Below the pieces are notes generated by a model. It searched no databases and was not told where the DNA came from. It worked only from the letters and a program-made list of their open reading frames with translations. From the NCBI GenBank assembly GCA_026396415.1, contig JAPLWX010000050.1:15783-79782 (forward strand): a stretch of DNA of 64,000 nt, in the 5' to 3' direction. Every line of letters starts with the position of its first letter. Position 1 is the stretch's first letter. Of this stretch, positions 27,640 through 36,931 are shown in pieces. Origin of the DNA: Candidatus Micrarchaeota archaeon (lineage in GTDB: Archaea > Micrarchaeota > Micrarchaeia > Anstonellales > Anstonellaceae). Position numbers and translations under genes: made by a program.

Positions 27640-28209
27640 CTATGCAGATTTAGGAGCTGGCGGTTGGCTTGGAATGGCTTTTTCCACTTGCCGGTTCCAC
27701 TGGTAGATGTCGAGGCGCATGCTTACATTTGCCCCGCTGCCGTCGCTCAGGTTCCTTACAAATCCCAAGCCGGTGTAGAACTTAAGCTGGGCCGGGTAAG
27801 CATCCACTGTTACGAACCTGCAGCCGACTTCCTCAGATATGGCTATCGCCTTTCCGATGATGTATTTCACTAGAAATGCCCCCACTCCGCGATTTTGGTG
27901 TGGCGTTGCTGTTGCCAACCGGGCCACCTTGATTCCAGGGTAATCCGCGTGGGGCTTTTCTTTTCCGAACTCATCCTTCCGTTCTTTCATGCCCAGCCGG
28001 ATTGCATCCGTGCACACGCTTATGAACGCAATCGGCTCATTTTTATAAAGAGCAATGAATGTCTGGGCCAGCTTCTTTTCTGCGTATACAAATGCGTCAT
28101 TTCTGATAAAATCGTTCAGGTCCGGATCGTTGCAATCAAATTTCTCAACTGATATGCCTGGCTTGAGGCGAACAATCGTAAGTTCTTCCACTGGGAATGG
28201 CTCTGGCAT
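27640..28209 (-). CDS. GNAT-family acetyltransferase of the TacT/AtaT-like toxin type
   Basis: Has the KFDCNDPDLNDFIRNDA motif (the FDCG-xxxLNxFL signature of GNAT toxins). The acetyl-CoA loop is QNRGVGAFLVKYIIGKAIAISEEVGCRFVTVDAY. GC is lower than the flanking genes. Confidence 0.55.
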   Translation of the reverse strand: MPEPFPVEELTIVRLKPGISVEKFDCNDPDLNDFIRNDAFVYAEKKLAQTFIALYKNEPIAFISVCTDAIRLGMKERKDEFGKEKPHADYPGIKVARLATATPHQNRGVGAFLVKYIIGKAIAISEEVGCRFVTVDAYPAQLKFYTGLGFVRNLSDGSGANVSMRLDIYQWNRQVEKAIPSQPPAPKSA

Positions 28210-28221
28210 AAAAGTCGGCGC

Positions 28222-28374
28222 TCATACCTTGAATTTTTGGTATATGTCGAAGCATTCGTGCAGGAATTTTGCCTTCTTCGGATTAACCGCAGACTCTTCA
28301 ATCCGTGTCTGCTCAAGGAAATTCTCCGCATTCTTCCCTTCAAGAACCGGCGTCGGTTCAATTGGTTTTGCCAT
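28222..28374 (-). CDS. 51-aa ORF immediately upstream of the GNAT gene (12-nt gap); candidate cognate antitoxin
   Basis: The manual translation is MAKPIEPTPVLEGKNAENFLEQTRIEESAVNPKKAKFLHECFDIYQKFKV. It is not in the ORF track because it is under 60 aa. Position and size fit the antitoxin slot of GNAT-toxin modules. Confidence 0.3.
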   Translation of the reverse strand: MAKPIEPTPVLEGKNAENFLEQTRIEESAVNPKKAKFLHECFDIYQKFKV

Positions 28375-28696
28375 TTGTTCCACCACTGCTGTCTCAGCTA
28401 CTGTTCCTACTGACCTTATTGTTGCGAGAATATATAGATTTACTGACCCACCGAAGATAGTTTAGTGCCAAATTCACTGTCTTTGGTTTACCATCATGGT
28501 AGTTTGTTTATAAATAAAATCAGATACGGCTGCCAATCCGCGCGCAATTTCTGGAAAAGGATAGGTCGAAAACAGAACGTAGCTGTAGGCGAATATCGCG
28601 CTGCTAAAATAGAGGCTTCGGAAGGTTAGCCTTTATTGGTTGTTCATATTTTGGGAATAAAACATAGGTTTATAATACTGTATAACATAATGTTAC

Positions 28697-28894
28697 ATGG
28701 GAATGTATATGGTCAAGATATTGATTGATTTGTCAGACGAAGAGGACAAGATTGCCGAAGTCTACAAGGTTGTCAATGGTCTGAAAACGAAACAGGAAGC
28801 CGTGAAGCGGATGGTGAGGCACTTTAAGGTCAGCATAACTCCAACTAATCTTGACAAGCACGATGAATACTACAAGAAAACTGTGAAATTCTGA
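28697..28894 (+). CDS. small protein (65 aa), possibly RHH/CopG-like
   Basis: The sequence VKILIDLSDEEDKIAEVYKVVNGLKTKQEAVKRMV resembles RHH-type small regulators. It is AT-rich, and its stop abuts the LemA start. Confidence 0.3.
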   Translation: MGMYMVKILIDLSDEEDKIAEVYKVVNGLKTKQEAVKRMVRHFKVSITPTNLDKHDEYYKKTVKF

Positions 28895-28895
28895 G

Positions 28896-29447
28896 GTGAT
28901 GTGCGTGGACTATATGATATACGTTGTTAGCGGAGTAGTCGTGATTGGAGGCATATATTGTATCATTACATACAATCGACTTGTCAATCTTAGGATAAAC
29001 GTAGACCGACAGGCAAGTCATGTTGAGGTTCATCTCAAGAAGAAATTCGACTTGATACCCGCCATTGTTGAGTGTGTCAAGGGCTACGCCAAGCACGAGA
29101 AGGGAACTCTGGAGGAGGTCACGCACTTGAGGTCGCAGTGGGCGGAGAGCAAGACCAAAGATGAGAAGATTAAGAATGCCAACATGCTCGAAGCAGCGCT
29201 GTCCAAGTTACTCATTGTTCAGGAGAATTATCCGCAACTGAAAGCCGACAGGAGTTTCATCAGGCTTCAGAATGAAATCACCCATGTGGAGAATGAACTG
29301 GCACATGAGAGGAAGGTTTTCAACAAGAGGGTGAGTTGGTATAATGTGAAGCTCCAAGAGTTTCCTTCGGTGTTGGTTGCCAAGGCACTTGGATTTCAGG
29401 AGAGGGAGTTCTTCACGTTCGGGAAGGGCAGTATGGATATCGAGTAG
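28896..29447 (+). CDS. lemA: LemA family protein
   Basis: An N-terminal TM is followed by YNRLVNLRINVDRQASHVEVHLKKKFDLIPAIVECVKGYAKHEKGTLEEVTHLR, which closely matches the LemA family. Confidence 0.75.
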   Translation: MMCVDYMIYVVSGVVVIGGIYCIITYNRLVNLRINVDRQASHVEVHLKKKFDLIPAIVECVKGYAKHEKGTLEEVTHLRSQWAESKTKDEKIKNANMLEAALSKLLIVQENYPQLKADRSFIRLQNEITHVENELAHERKVFNKRVSWYNVKLQEFPSVLVAKALGFQEREFFTFGKGSMDIE

Positions 29448-29465
29448 TGGTTCAAGAAAAATGAT

Positions 29466-29822
29466 TTGGTGATATATGTGGGGTTCCTCGATTGGATTCA
29501 CAAAACGTTTTTCAGTGATAAACGAGCAAGAACATTCCATTGTTATGTGAAAATAATTCATCGTAGAAATTATGTCTATATTTTCAAAGATAATTCAGGT
29601 GATGATAACGACCATTGGATAAACAAGATGACAGTCAAACATGGGAAAGTAAAGACGAGAGTTCTGAAAAGATGGAAAAACGCTCGTTCAAATTACGACA
29701 CCAAGTATCTGGTCTCGCCTATTACAAGAACTGCCACCATAAGTATATCTGATTATGACTACTATCTCGGTGGGCGCACAATAGACAGAGAAAAATTGAG
29801 AGTAGTTCTACATAGGACGTGA
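29466..29822 (+). CDS. hypothetical protein (118 aa), AT-rich
   Basis: An ORF in a very AT-rich stretch. No motif recognised. Weak call. Confidence 0.2.
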   Translation: MVIYVGFLDWIHKTFFSDKRARTFHCYVKIIHRRNYVYIFKDNSGDDNDHWINKMTVKHGKVKTRVLKRWKNARSNYDTKYLVSPITRTATISISDYDYYLGGRTIDREKLRVVLHRT

Positions 29823-29891
29823 AACGATCACGCGGAAATTCACAATTGAAGACGTGCGCGTTAGCTCTCCAAGAAAAGCAAAATCTCTTTC

Positions 29892-31001
29892 CTATCCAAA
29901 CAGCCTTTTCGCCGCGCGCGCAACCTTCTTGACATGCCTCTCATCGCACATGACAAGCGCCTCCAGCCTGCGCGACTGCATGGAGACGAGCGCGGAGACA
30001 AGCTCGCTCTCGCGCGCGAGGGGAAGTATCTTTCCGTCCTTTTTCTCAAGGAGTATGTGCGCTTTGGCTGACAGGTTGGGGATGTCCACAAGCACAGGGC
30101 AGCCGCACGCGTCCGTAAGCTCCTCCTCTGCCTTGCGCGCGGGCATCCTCATCTTTGACATGGGCACGGAATAGGCTTTCTTGAAAAGATGGCGCTTCTT
30201 TATCCTTGCCGCATATTCATGCGCGCGGGGCGAGGCGCCAAGCGCGTCCAATGCCTGCGAATCGCCAAAGGAAAGGAAGTCCTCCTCGCAAAGAGTGCCG
30301 TCCTCAAGGGCAAGCATAATCGCCTGCTGCAGCATGCGCGAGGCAATCCTCACAGTCTTGTGGAGATAGACCGTGGAGAACATGGTGATGCGCGCGACCA
30401 GCAGGCTTTCCGCGGCCTCAAGCCCGCGCTCGCGTATGAGCAGGCCCTTCCTGCCAAGCGACACGCTGGTGCAAATCCTCTGCGTGTCTATCACGCCATA
30501 GGCAACCCCCGTATAGTGCGAATCGCGCAGCAGGTAGTCCATCCTGTCCGCGCCAATGTCGGATGTTATCACGCTGCCAATGGTGGTGTCGCAGACATCT
30601 GCGATTTCGCGCGGGGAGAACTCGGATGACAGCGCATCCGCCACTTCCCCGTGGAGCGCCAGGCGCTTTCCCACCTCCTCGTGCGTGCCAAGCCTTGCCT
30701 TGAGCACTGCCTCGGACTCATGCGAGAATGCGACATGCCCTATGTCGTGAAGAAGCGCAGCCGCCCTCACCTTCGATATCCTCTCCTCCGTCATGCCCAT
30801 CTCGCGGCACATCCTGTCCGCAAGGAAAAGCGTGCCGATGGAGTGCTCGAAGCGCGTGTGGTTTGCGCCTGGATACACAAGATAGCCCGTGGCAAGCTGG
30901 CGTATGCCCCGAAGCCTCTGCATCTGGCAGCAGTCAAGCAGCCTCTCCTCGGTGCCTGTCAGCGCAATGGTTCCGTGCAGCGGGTCCCGAATCCTGAACA
31001 T
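29892..31001 (-). CDS. HD-domain phosphohydrolase (dNTP triphosphohydrolase-like)
   Basis: The N-terminus IRDPLHGTIALTGTEERLLDCCQMQRLRGIRQLA and the HD motif RFEHSIGTLFLA...LLHDIGHVAFSHESE are consistent with the dGTPase/SAMHD1-like subfamily. Confidence 0.7.
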   Translation of the reverse strand: MFRIRDPLHGTIALTGTEERLLDCCQMQRLRGIRQLATGYLVYPGANHTRFEHSIGTLFLADRMCREMGMTEERISKVRAAALLHDIGHVAFSHESEAVLKARLGTHEEVGKRLALHGEVADALSSEFSPREIADVCDTTIGSVITSDIGADRMDYLLRDSHYTGVAYGVIDTQRICTSVSLGRKGLLIRERGLEAAESLLVARITMFSTVYLHKTVRIASRMLQQAIMLALEDGTLCEEDFLSFGDSQALDALGASPRAHEYAARIKKRHLFKKAYSVPMSKMRMPARKAEEELTDACGCPVLVDIPNLSAKAHILLEKKDGKILPLARESELVSALVSMQSRRLEALVMCDERHVKKVARAAKRLFG

Positions 31002-31013
31002 AATCTCCCCTTG

Positions 31014-31823
31014 CTAGGCAAGCGCAAACTTGCCCTTGCTTTTCTCAAGAAGCTCCCCTTCCTCTGCCATGTGCAGAAGGATTGCAAGGCATGCCTCTGG
31101 CAAAAGCCCAAGCACGCGCGAAAGCTCCTCCGCAGTCTTGTCGCCCTTTCCAAGCGCGGACATTATCTTTGGCTGGTGCGCTGTTGCAAAGTCTTTCCTG
31201 ATGAAATAGTATTTCCTGTCAAAGGACCGCAGGCCTGCCACTTCGCCTGCCTTTATCCTTGCCTCAAGAGAGCCTGAAAGCTGCCTCGCGTCGCCCTCGT
31301 TGTCAAGCACCAGCCAGCCGCGCGCAAGCGGGTCGCGCTGCGGCATTGCCGAAGTGCCTTTGGCAGCCGAAGGGGCGGCTGCGCGCTGCGCGGCGCCTGT
31401 TCCCGCTGCCGATGGGGCGCCTGCGGCATGCTGCACAGCGCCCAATACGTCCCTTGTCTGCCCGAAAACGGCATCGGAGACATTGTACACTCCCTTCTCG
31501 TACTTGCCGCTTCGGAAGACATTGACCATATTCCTTGCCACAAGCGAAGCAAGGGTTGCCTTCTCCTTTTCGGAAAGCGTCTTATCCACGTCGGTTGGCG
31601 TGCGCCTCTCAAATTTTATCGCAAGCAGCTTTTTCACAAGCGCAAGCTCGGGCTCGGAAAGGGGGCCTGCTGCCTTTTGCCCGCCTATTGCCCCTCTGGC
31701 GGAAAGCAGGTAAATGCCGTCGCGAAGAAGGAAAATCTCAAGCGCGGACGCATTCGCAATCTCAAGGGGCACGCTGCCGAAAAGCTCCACGCCCTCCTTT
31801 GTTTTCCTCACTTTCACTTCCAT
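31014..31823 (-). CDS. hypothetical protein, C-terminal winged-helix-like segment
   Basis: It sits 12 nt upstream of and is codirectional with the HD gene, so they probably share an operon. The C-terminus reads AEELSRVLGLLPEACLAILLHMAEEGELLEKSKGKFAL. Confidence 0.35.
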   Translation of the reverse strand: MEVKVRKTKEGVELFGSVPLEIANASALEIFLLRDGIYLLSARGAIGGQKAAGPLSEPELALVKKLLAIKFERRTPTDVDKTLSEKEKATLASLVARNMVNVFRSGKYEKGVYNVSDAVFGQTRDVLGAVQHAAGAPSAAGTGAAQRAAAPSAAKGTSAMPQRDPLARGWLVLDNEGDARQLSGSLEARIKAGEVAGLRSFDRKYYFIRKDFATAHQPKIMSALGKGDKTAEELSRVLGLLPEACLAILLHMAEEGELLEKSKGKFALA

Positions 31824-31832
31824 AAAACCAGC

Positions 31833-32444
31833 TTAGCGTATCAGCTTTTTCTGCTCCGCGGAACCGCCCGGGGTTTTTTCCGAGAATATCTGCGCGCCAA
31901 AGGAGCTGATTTTCGCAGAGGGCGACTGCCACATGTTGCGCGGCAGGCCCGCTTTCTCGCACACCTGGCAGAGGAACTCCTCCTCGTTCCAGTTCCATTC
32001 TATCGGCACCTGCGGGAGCAGCAGGCCTGACGAATACCCGTAGTGGATGATAAGCCCGTCCCTGCCAACTTTTATCTTCTTCAGGTATTCCTCGGGTTTC
32101 TTTACCTTTATCTCCTCGGGCACAGAAAGCACGCTTACCTCTATCACGAGCCTGCCAAGCTCGCATTTCTCCACAGGCGGGAAGCGCGGGTCATCGAACG
32201 CCGCGGAAAGCGCGCAGTCAACGGTAGCAAGCGCAAGCTCCTTTATGGGCAGGGGATAGCCTATGCAGCCGCGCAGCTCGTGCTTGGGATATGTCTCCAG
32301 CGTCACGAAAACGCCCCGCTTCTCCAAAAGCGCCCCCCCGGAGCGTGAGGGCGACACCTTCTTGCCGTTTGCCAAATATCCTTCTATGGCCTGCCTAGCA
32401 AGCGAAACAAGATATTGCCCTTGAGAAATCGGTACTTCCGCCAT
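31833..32444 (-). CDS. AMMECR1 domain protein
   Basis: The sequence GVFVTLETYPKHELRGCIGYPLP contains the conserved RGCIG motif. The start is placed at the ATG at 32444 (MAEVPIS). Confidence 0.75.
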   Translation of the reverse strand: MAEVPISQGQYLVSLARQAIEGYLANGKKVSPSRSGGALLEKRGVFVTLETYPKHELRGCIGYPLPIKELALATVDCALSAAFDDPRFPPVEKCELGRLVIEVSVLSVPEEIKVKKPEEYLKKIKVGRDGLIIHYGYSSGLLLPQVPIEWNWNEEEFLCQVCEKAGLPRNMWQSPSAKISSFGAQIFSEKTPGGSAEQKKLIR

Positions 32445-32569
32445 TCTCCCACCGCATGCATTTTGGCGGCTAGGTTTAAAATGGCAAGCACGCGCTGGGC
32501 AGGCTTGCAGCCCTGCAGAAGCCCGGCGATGGCAATGATTTTTATGGAGTTGCAAGCAGATAACCAAAC

Positions 32570-33871
32570 ATGACTGCGGAGCCTCCGACCTTGCCTGAAA
32601 TGCCGCATAAGGAAAAGCCAGCTCTCAGCGCGGGCCAGATGAAGCAGATTGCAGAGTTCTCCCAACGTTATCTCTCAGATGCATCAGAGGCGGTGGCATT
32701 CTCAGAGGTTGACTTTCTCTCCAACCTGGGGCGGCTTTACATGATTTCCAAAAAACAAGGAAGCAATGTCAGCCTCAGGCACGCGAAAAGGATAGAAAAG
32801 CTCGCAATGACGGCATTTTCGGCATTCGGACCAAGCAGGCTTCCTTCTCACATAGCGGACACCGCCGGCAGTGGTGTAAGAAAGGGCAAAAGCCACATCA
32901 AAGCCTTCGTAGCCCGCAGCCTGCCAAAAGAATCCCAGCCTGCCATTGCCGCGCCTGCAATCAGTTTATCTGGCATATGCATAGGTGCGCGCAGGCTTGA
33001 GATTGAATTCGAAGACCCGAACCTTGTCAAGACGCTATTCGAAGCCCACAACATTGGCGGGCAGCCGCCGACACTTGCGGAAATGGTTGAAAAATACACC
33101 GGACTCGCCGAATCAATATCGCAAATCCTCAAGGACGGGCTTGGAATAAAACCAGACCTGAAAGGCGGCAGGTTCAGCAGCAAAATGCAGGAAAGCTTCA
33201 TTAGCGGGATATGGGGCGTCATGAACGGCAACCTTGAAATAAAATATGGCGAAAACAAGCATGGCATGCTCTGGGAATCGCTGCTCACGAAAATTTATGA
33301 CTGCGACAATTCCGCTTTCCTTGTTTTCGATGTTGCTGCAAGGCTTGGCATGCCATTATGGATTCTTACTGTCCCGGAGCACGCGCTGGTGCGCACGAAA
33401 AGCCTGTTTTTCGAAACCACATCCGGCATATACTCTGATTCGAAAAGCCTGCGCGAATACTATCCCATCATTTATATCGAAATTTCCCAGTCAGATGCAG
33501 CATATGCTGATGCGTTATCCTACGAAAACCGCGGCTTTGCAAAATCCAGGCTAAAAGATTATGAAGGTGCGATAGCGGACTACGGCGAAGCAATACGCCT
33601 GAGCCCAAAAGACGCAGGCGCCTTCCAAAACCGCGGCATTGACAAACTCCATCTCGGCGACCCAAAAGGCGCAATAGAGGACTGCAGCATGGCAATCAGC
33701 CTCGATCCTTTCAATGCAGACGCCTACTTCAACCGCGGCAATGTCAAGCAAGCCTTAGGCGATAAAAAAGGCGCGAAAGAGGATTATCTTCGGGCAGCCG
33801 AACTTTTTGACAAGCAAGGCAGAGCAGGGCGTTACAATGTGGCAATGGGGGCTGTATTCTCCGTTTACTAG
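32570..33871 (+). CDS. TPR-repeat protein with unknown N-terminal domain
   Basis: The C-terminus has 3-4 TPR-like repeats: AYADALSYENRGFAKSRLKDYEGAIADYGEAIRLSPKDAGAFQNRG...AYFNRGNVKQALGD. Confidence 0.55.
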   Translation: MTAEPPTLPEMPHKEKPALSAGQMKQIAEFSQRYLSDASEAVAFSEVDFLSNLGRLYMISKKQGSNVSLRHAKRIEKLAMTAFSAFGPSRLPSHIADTAGSGVRKGKSHIKAFVARSLPKESQPAIAAPAISLSGICIGARRLEIEFEDPNLVKTLFEAHNIGGQPPTLAEMVEKYTGLAESISQILKDGLGIKPDLKGGRFSSKMQESFISGIWGVMNGNLEIKYGENKHGMLWESLLTKIYDCDNSAFLVFDVAARLGMPLWILTVPEHALVRTKSLFFETTSGIYSDSKSLREYYPIIYIEISQSDAAYADALSYENRGFAKSRLKDYEGAIADYGEAIRLSPKDAGAFQNRGIDKLHLGDPKGAIEDCSMAISLDPFNADAYFNRGNVKQALGDKKGAKEDYLRAAELFDKQGRAGRYNVAMGAVFSVY

Positions 33872-33880
33872 CCCCACCAT

Positions 33881-34390
33881 TCAGTCCTGCTCCTTGTGCT
33901 CGCCGCGCCTGCCGTAAATCTTTTTCCTGCGCGCTTCGCGGAAAATGGGCGCGCCGTGGCGTTCCTCCTCCCCTCCCTGCGAGGACAGCTTCTGCTCAAA
34001 CCTGTCCCACTCGAAGTTCACGCGCAGGTGCCGCCCCGTCTCGATGTCGATAAGCACGTACTTCTGCTTCTTTATCTCAAAGTTGCGGAGCAGCAGCCCC
34101 CTTGCCTCCTCCAGCCTCATGGTATGCGCGCGGGAGCTTGTCACCATGAAGCAAAGCTCCGCGCCTGATTTCACCAGCCTCGAAAATGATGACTTGAACT
34201 CGCTGATGTTCCCGAACTGGACCTCGAACGCGGCGCATCCGCTTCCCTTCCTCATGAAGTAGAGCCAGCACGGGGACTGCGCCTCCAGGTAGCCGAACCT
34301 GAAGGCAATCGCGGAATACTGCTCGGCAAGCGTGTCTATCAGCCTTGCAGGGGGCTTTTTGACGCGCACCACTTCGTCCACGAATTCCAT
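33881..34390 (-). CDS. hypothetical protein (170 aa)
   Basis: The start is placed at the ATG (MEFVDE). No family recognised. Confidence 0.3.
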   Translation of the reverse strand: MEFVDEVVRVKKPPARLIDTLAEQYSAIAFRFGYLEAQSPCWLYFMRKGSGCAAFEVQFGNISEFKSSFSRLVKSGAELCFMVTSSRAHTMRLEEARGLLLRNFEIKKQKYVLIDIETGRHLRVNFEWDRFEQKLSSQGGEEERHGAPIFREARRKKIYGRRGEHKEQD

Positions 34391-34496
34391 GGTGCCAATT
34401 GCTCGGCTTAAATTAAAAAGAACAGTTACTGCTGCCCTGCAGGCTGCCCCCTGGCAAGCGCCGGGAGTGACGAACCATGTAAAGTTATAAAAAACC

Positions 34497-35267
34497 ATGC
34501 ATATAGAAGCCTGCACAGGTGGTATCGTGGGCATGGTTCCTGGTCTTGGCGCAAAGATGATTTATCCGCTTGTCCCGAAAAAGGAGTTCGCGGTTGCTCC
34601 CGGCGTTTCCGTCTCTTGCAGGGACATTTTCAAGCTTGCCGAAAACACCCGCCGCGACCCTGAATTGGTCAAAAGGACGAAAATCCGCGTATTTTGCGAA
34701 AAAATACTTGAGAAACAGCCCGCTTATGGAAACTTTACGAGGGAGCAGAAAGATTCTTTCTTGGATGGCATGGTACCATATATACGCCATAATCTGTATT
34801 ATGGCGACACGCGCTTTTCGGGAAATGTTGAAAGAAAAGAGATGTCTTATACATCAGAGGATAAATTGGTTAATGCCGGCTTTATAGTGGCTGGTGCTTC
34901 CACGGTATTATACGGCCTTGACAAGCTTTTCCTTGGCAATCTTATCGGTCCCATCGCGGACTTCGTTGCATTTGCAGCAGCCGTTGAGATTGGCTTGGCA
35001 CCAGGTATAGATAGTGCAGCGAGCAGTATCTTCGGAGGCTCTGGCAAACTAGACACCGTTGTCAATCCCGTCTGCAACTTCTTCTACAACCTCGTGCACG
35101 CGCCGCTGGAGACCTTCAGGTTTTTCCTCGAGGGCAACCAATATCTGAAGTCAGGCAAGGAGATGCTGCTGGTCTACACTGAGAGCTTCGCAGAGCACCT
35201 GAACGCGGAGAAGCAAATTCCCAAATCATTGGCGTTCAGTGCCATGCTAGGGGCAAAAGCCAAATAG
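34497..35267 (+). CDS. hypothetical protein (256 aa)
   Basis: Long ORF with lower GC than neighbours. Hydrophobic central segment. No motif recognised. Confidence 0.3.
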   Translation: MHIEACTGGIVGMVPGLGAKMIYPLVPKKEFAVAPGVSVSCRDIFKLAENTRRDPELVKRTKIRVFCEKILEKQPAYGNFTREQKDSFLDGMVPYIRHNLYYGDTRFSGNVERKEMSYTSEDKLVNAGFIVAGASTVLYGLDKLFLGNLIGPIADFVAFAAAVEIGLAPGIDSAASSIFGGSGKLDTVVNPVCNFFYNLVHAPLETFRFFLEGNQYLKSGKEMLLVYTESFAEHLNAEKQIPKSLAFSAMLGAKAK

Positions 35268-35299
35268 CTTGCCCCACCTGGGAGTTCCGCAGCGCTTCT

Positions 35300-35998
35300 T
35301 TACCAGGGCACCTTCTTCAGGCCAAGCCTGTTGGCGACCACGTTTGCGCCCACATGGACAAAATAGGTGAGCACGGCAAGGAAAAGCACAGCCTCAACCG
35401 TGAGAAGCTGCTGCGCAAGGGGATACACAAAGAGCAGCGCAAGCGCGAGGAAAAGCAGCTGGTCCATCACAAGCGAGGGCTTCCCGCGCGCGAGGCCCTG
35501 CCTGCGCTTTATGAAGCTTCCAAGCAAATCGCCTGCCATTGCCCCGCAGCCAAGCAGCAGGCCTGCAAGCACATACGCTGCGCCGCCTGCCCCGAGTGCC
35601 TGAAGCGCGCCTGGGATGGCAGCGCCCCACGCCTGCAACGCGCCGCTGCCGCCTGCAAGCGCATGGGCTGTGCCTGCGGCGCCTTGCGCAAGGAATGCGC
35701 TGCCGCCCCCTGCGTAGATGTCCCACGAGGTGCCTGTCAAGAGCGCGCCCTCCAAAGCGCCCACCGCCGCCCCTGCAAGCACGCCTGCAAAAAAGCCCCT
35801 CACGGTCTTCCCATCGCCGAACACGCGGTTCCCGTCGGCCATTTTCCTTCCGCCGTCAATCGCCGAGCCGCCGCCAAGCAGCACGGGTATGGAGTTTGCA
35901 AAATAGGCTGGAAGTATGAGAAGCACAAGCTCGATTACCCACACGGCGGCGTCCATATCAAACTTTTCAGCAAGGAAGTTTATTAATTCTTCAAGCAA
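35300..35998 (-). CDS. carS: CDP-archaeol synthase (CarS/DUF46 family) with Ala/Gly-rich insertion
   Basis: The sequence LPAYFANSIPVLLGGGSAIDGGRKMADGNRVFGDGKTVRGFFAGVLAG matches the CarS consensus. The start is TTG at 35998 or ATG at 35956. Confidence 0.65.
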   Translation of the reverse strand: MLEELINFLAEKFDMDAAVWVIELVLLILPAYFANSIPVLLGGGSAIDGGRKMADGNRVFGDGKTVRGFFAGVLAGAAVGALEGALLTGTSWDIYAGGGSAFLAQGAAGTAHALAGGSGALQAWGAAIPGALQALGAGGAAYVLAGLLLGCGAMAGDLLGSFIKRRQGLARGKPSLVMDQLLFLALALLFVYPLAQQLLTVEAVLFLAVLTYFVHVGANVVANRLGLKKVPW

Positions 35999-36019
35999 AT
36001 ACAGCGCGGGAGGGAAAAT

Positions 36020-36931
36020 ATGGCAGGCAAAGCAAACGAGCCAAACTATCTTGCGGCAGTGGTGGGCGGGATTTTCCTGCTCGCAGTCCTGGTGCTTGCA
36101 GCATATTCATTTTTTCCCTCCGAGGGCTGCATTGGCGTGGTGGAAATAAGCGGGCCCCTCGTTACGCAGGACATTCCATCCTCCCTATTCACAGACGAGC
36201 AGAAAGGCTCGCAAACCATTGCGGACGAGCTTGGGGAGGCAGGCGGCAGGCAGGATGTCCGCGCGGTGCTGCTGCTGATAGACTCGCCTGGCGGCTCGGT
36301 GATTGCAAGCCAGGAGATATACTCTGCGGTGCGCGCAATGAACAAGACGTCGGTGGCATTCATACGCGAGATGGCCGCGTCAGGGGGCTACTATGCAGCT
36401 GCAGGCACGGATTACATCGTGGCAAACCCGGATGCGCTCACGGGAAGCATTGGCGCGCGCGCCACGCTTTCCGACTACAGCGGGCTCATGGAAAAGCTCG
36501 GCATAAACAGTACAACGTTCAAGACAGGCGACCTCAAGGACATGGGCTCATCCGAACGCCCTATATCGGAAAAGGAGCGGGCAGTATGGCAGTCCATCGT
36601 GAATGAGAGCTTCCAATCCTTCCTCACCGCTGTCAAGGAGGGGCGCGCAGGGAAGCTCGACAGGGCGGGTTTCGAGGAAGTGCTGGATGCACGCATACTC
36701 ACGGGAAGGCAGGCGAAAAAAATAGGCCTGGTGGACGAGCTTGGCAGCAAGGACGCGGCCATTGCAGCGGCGGCGCGCCTGTCCAGCATGCCCCTTGCGC
36801 CCGGGGGCGAGCCGCGCCTCTGCGAAATATCCTCAAGCCAGAAGCGCGGCACATTGTTTGGCTCGCTTTCGGCCCAGGCGCTGCAGCTCCTGCTGCAGGG
36901 CGCGGGCGGCTTCCACGTTTCCTACAGGTGA
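36020..36931 (+). CDS. sppA: signal peptide peptidase SppA (36K type)
   Basis: An N-terminal TM is followed by DSPGGSVIASQEIYSAVRAMNKTSVAFIREMAASGGYYAA (Ser-Lys dyad region). A GGGAGG Shine-Dalgarno sequence is present. Confidence 0.8.
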   Translation: MAGKANEPNYLAAVVGGIFLLAVLVLAAYSFFPSEGCIGVVEISGPLVTQDIPSSLFTDEQKGSQTIADELGEAGGRQDVRAVLLLIDSPGGSVIASQEIYSAVRAMNKTSVAFIREMAASGGYYAAAGTDYIVANPDALTGSIGARATLSDYSGLMEKLGINSTTFKTGDLKDMGSSERPISEKERAVWQSIVNESFQSFLTAVKEGRAGKLDRAGFEEVLDARILTGRQAKKIGLVDELGSKDAAIAAAARLSSMPLAPGGEPRLCEISSSQKRGTLFGSLSAQALQLLLQGAGGFHVSYR

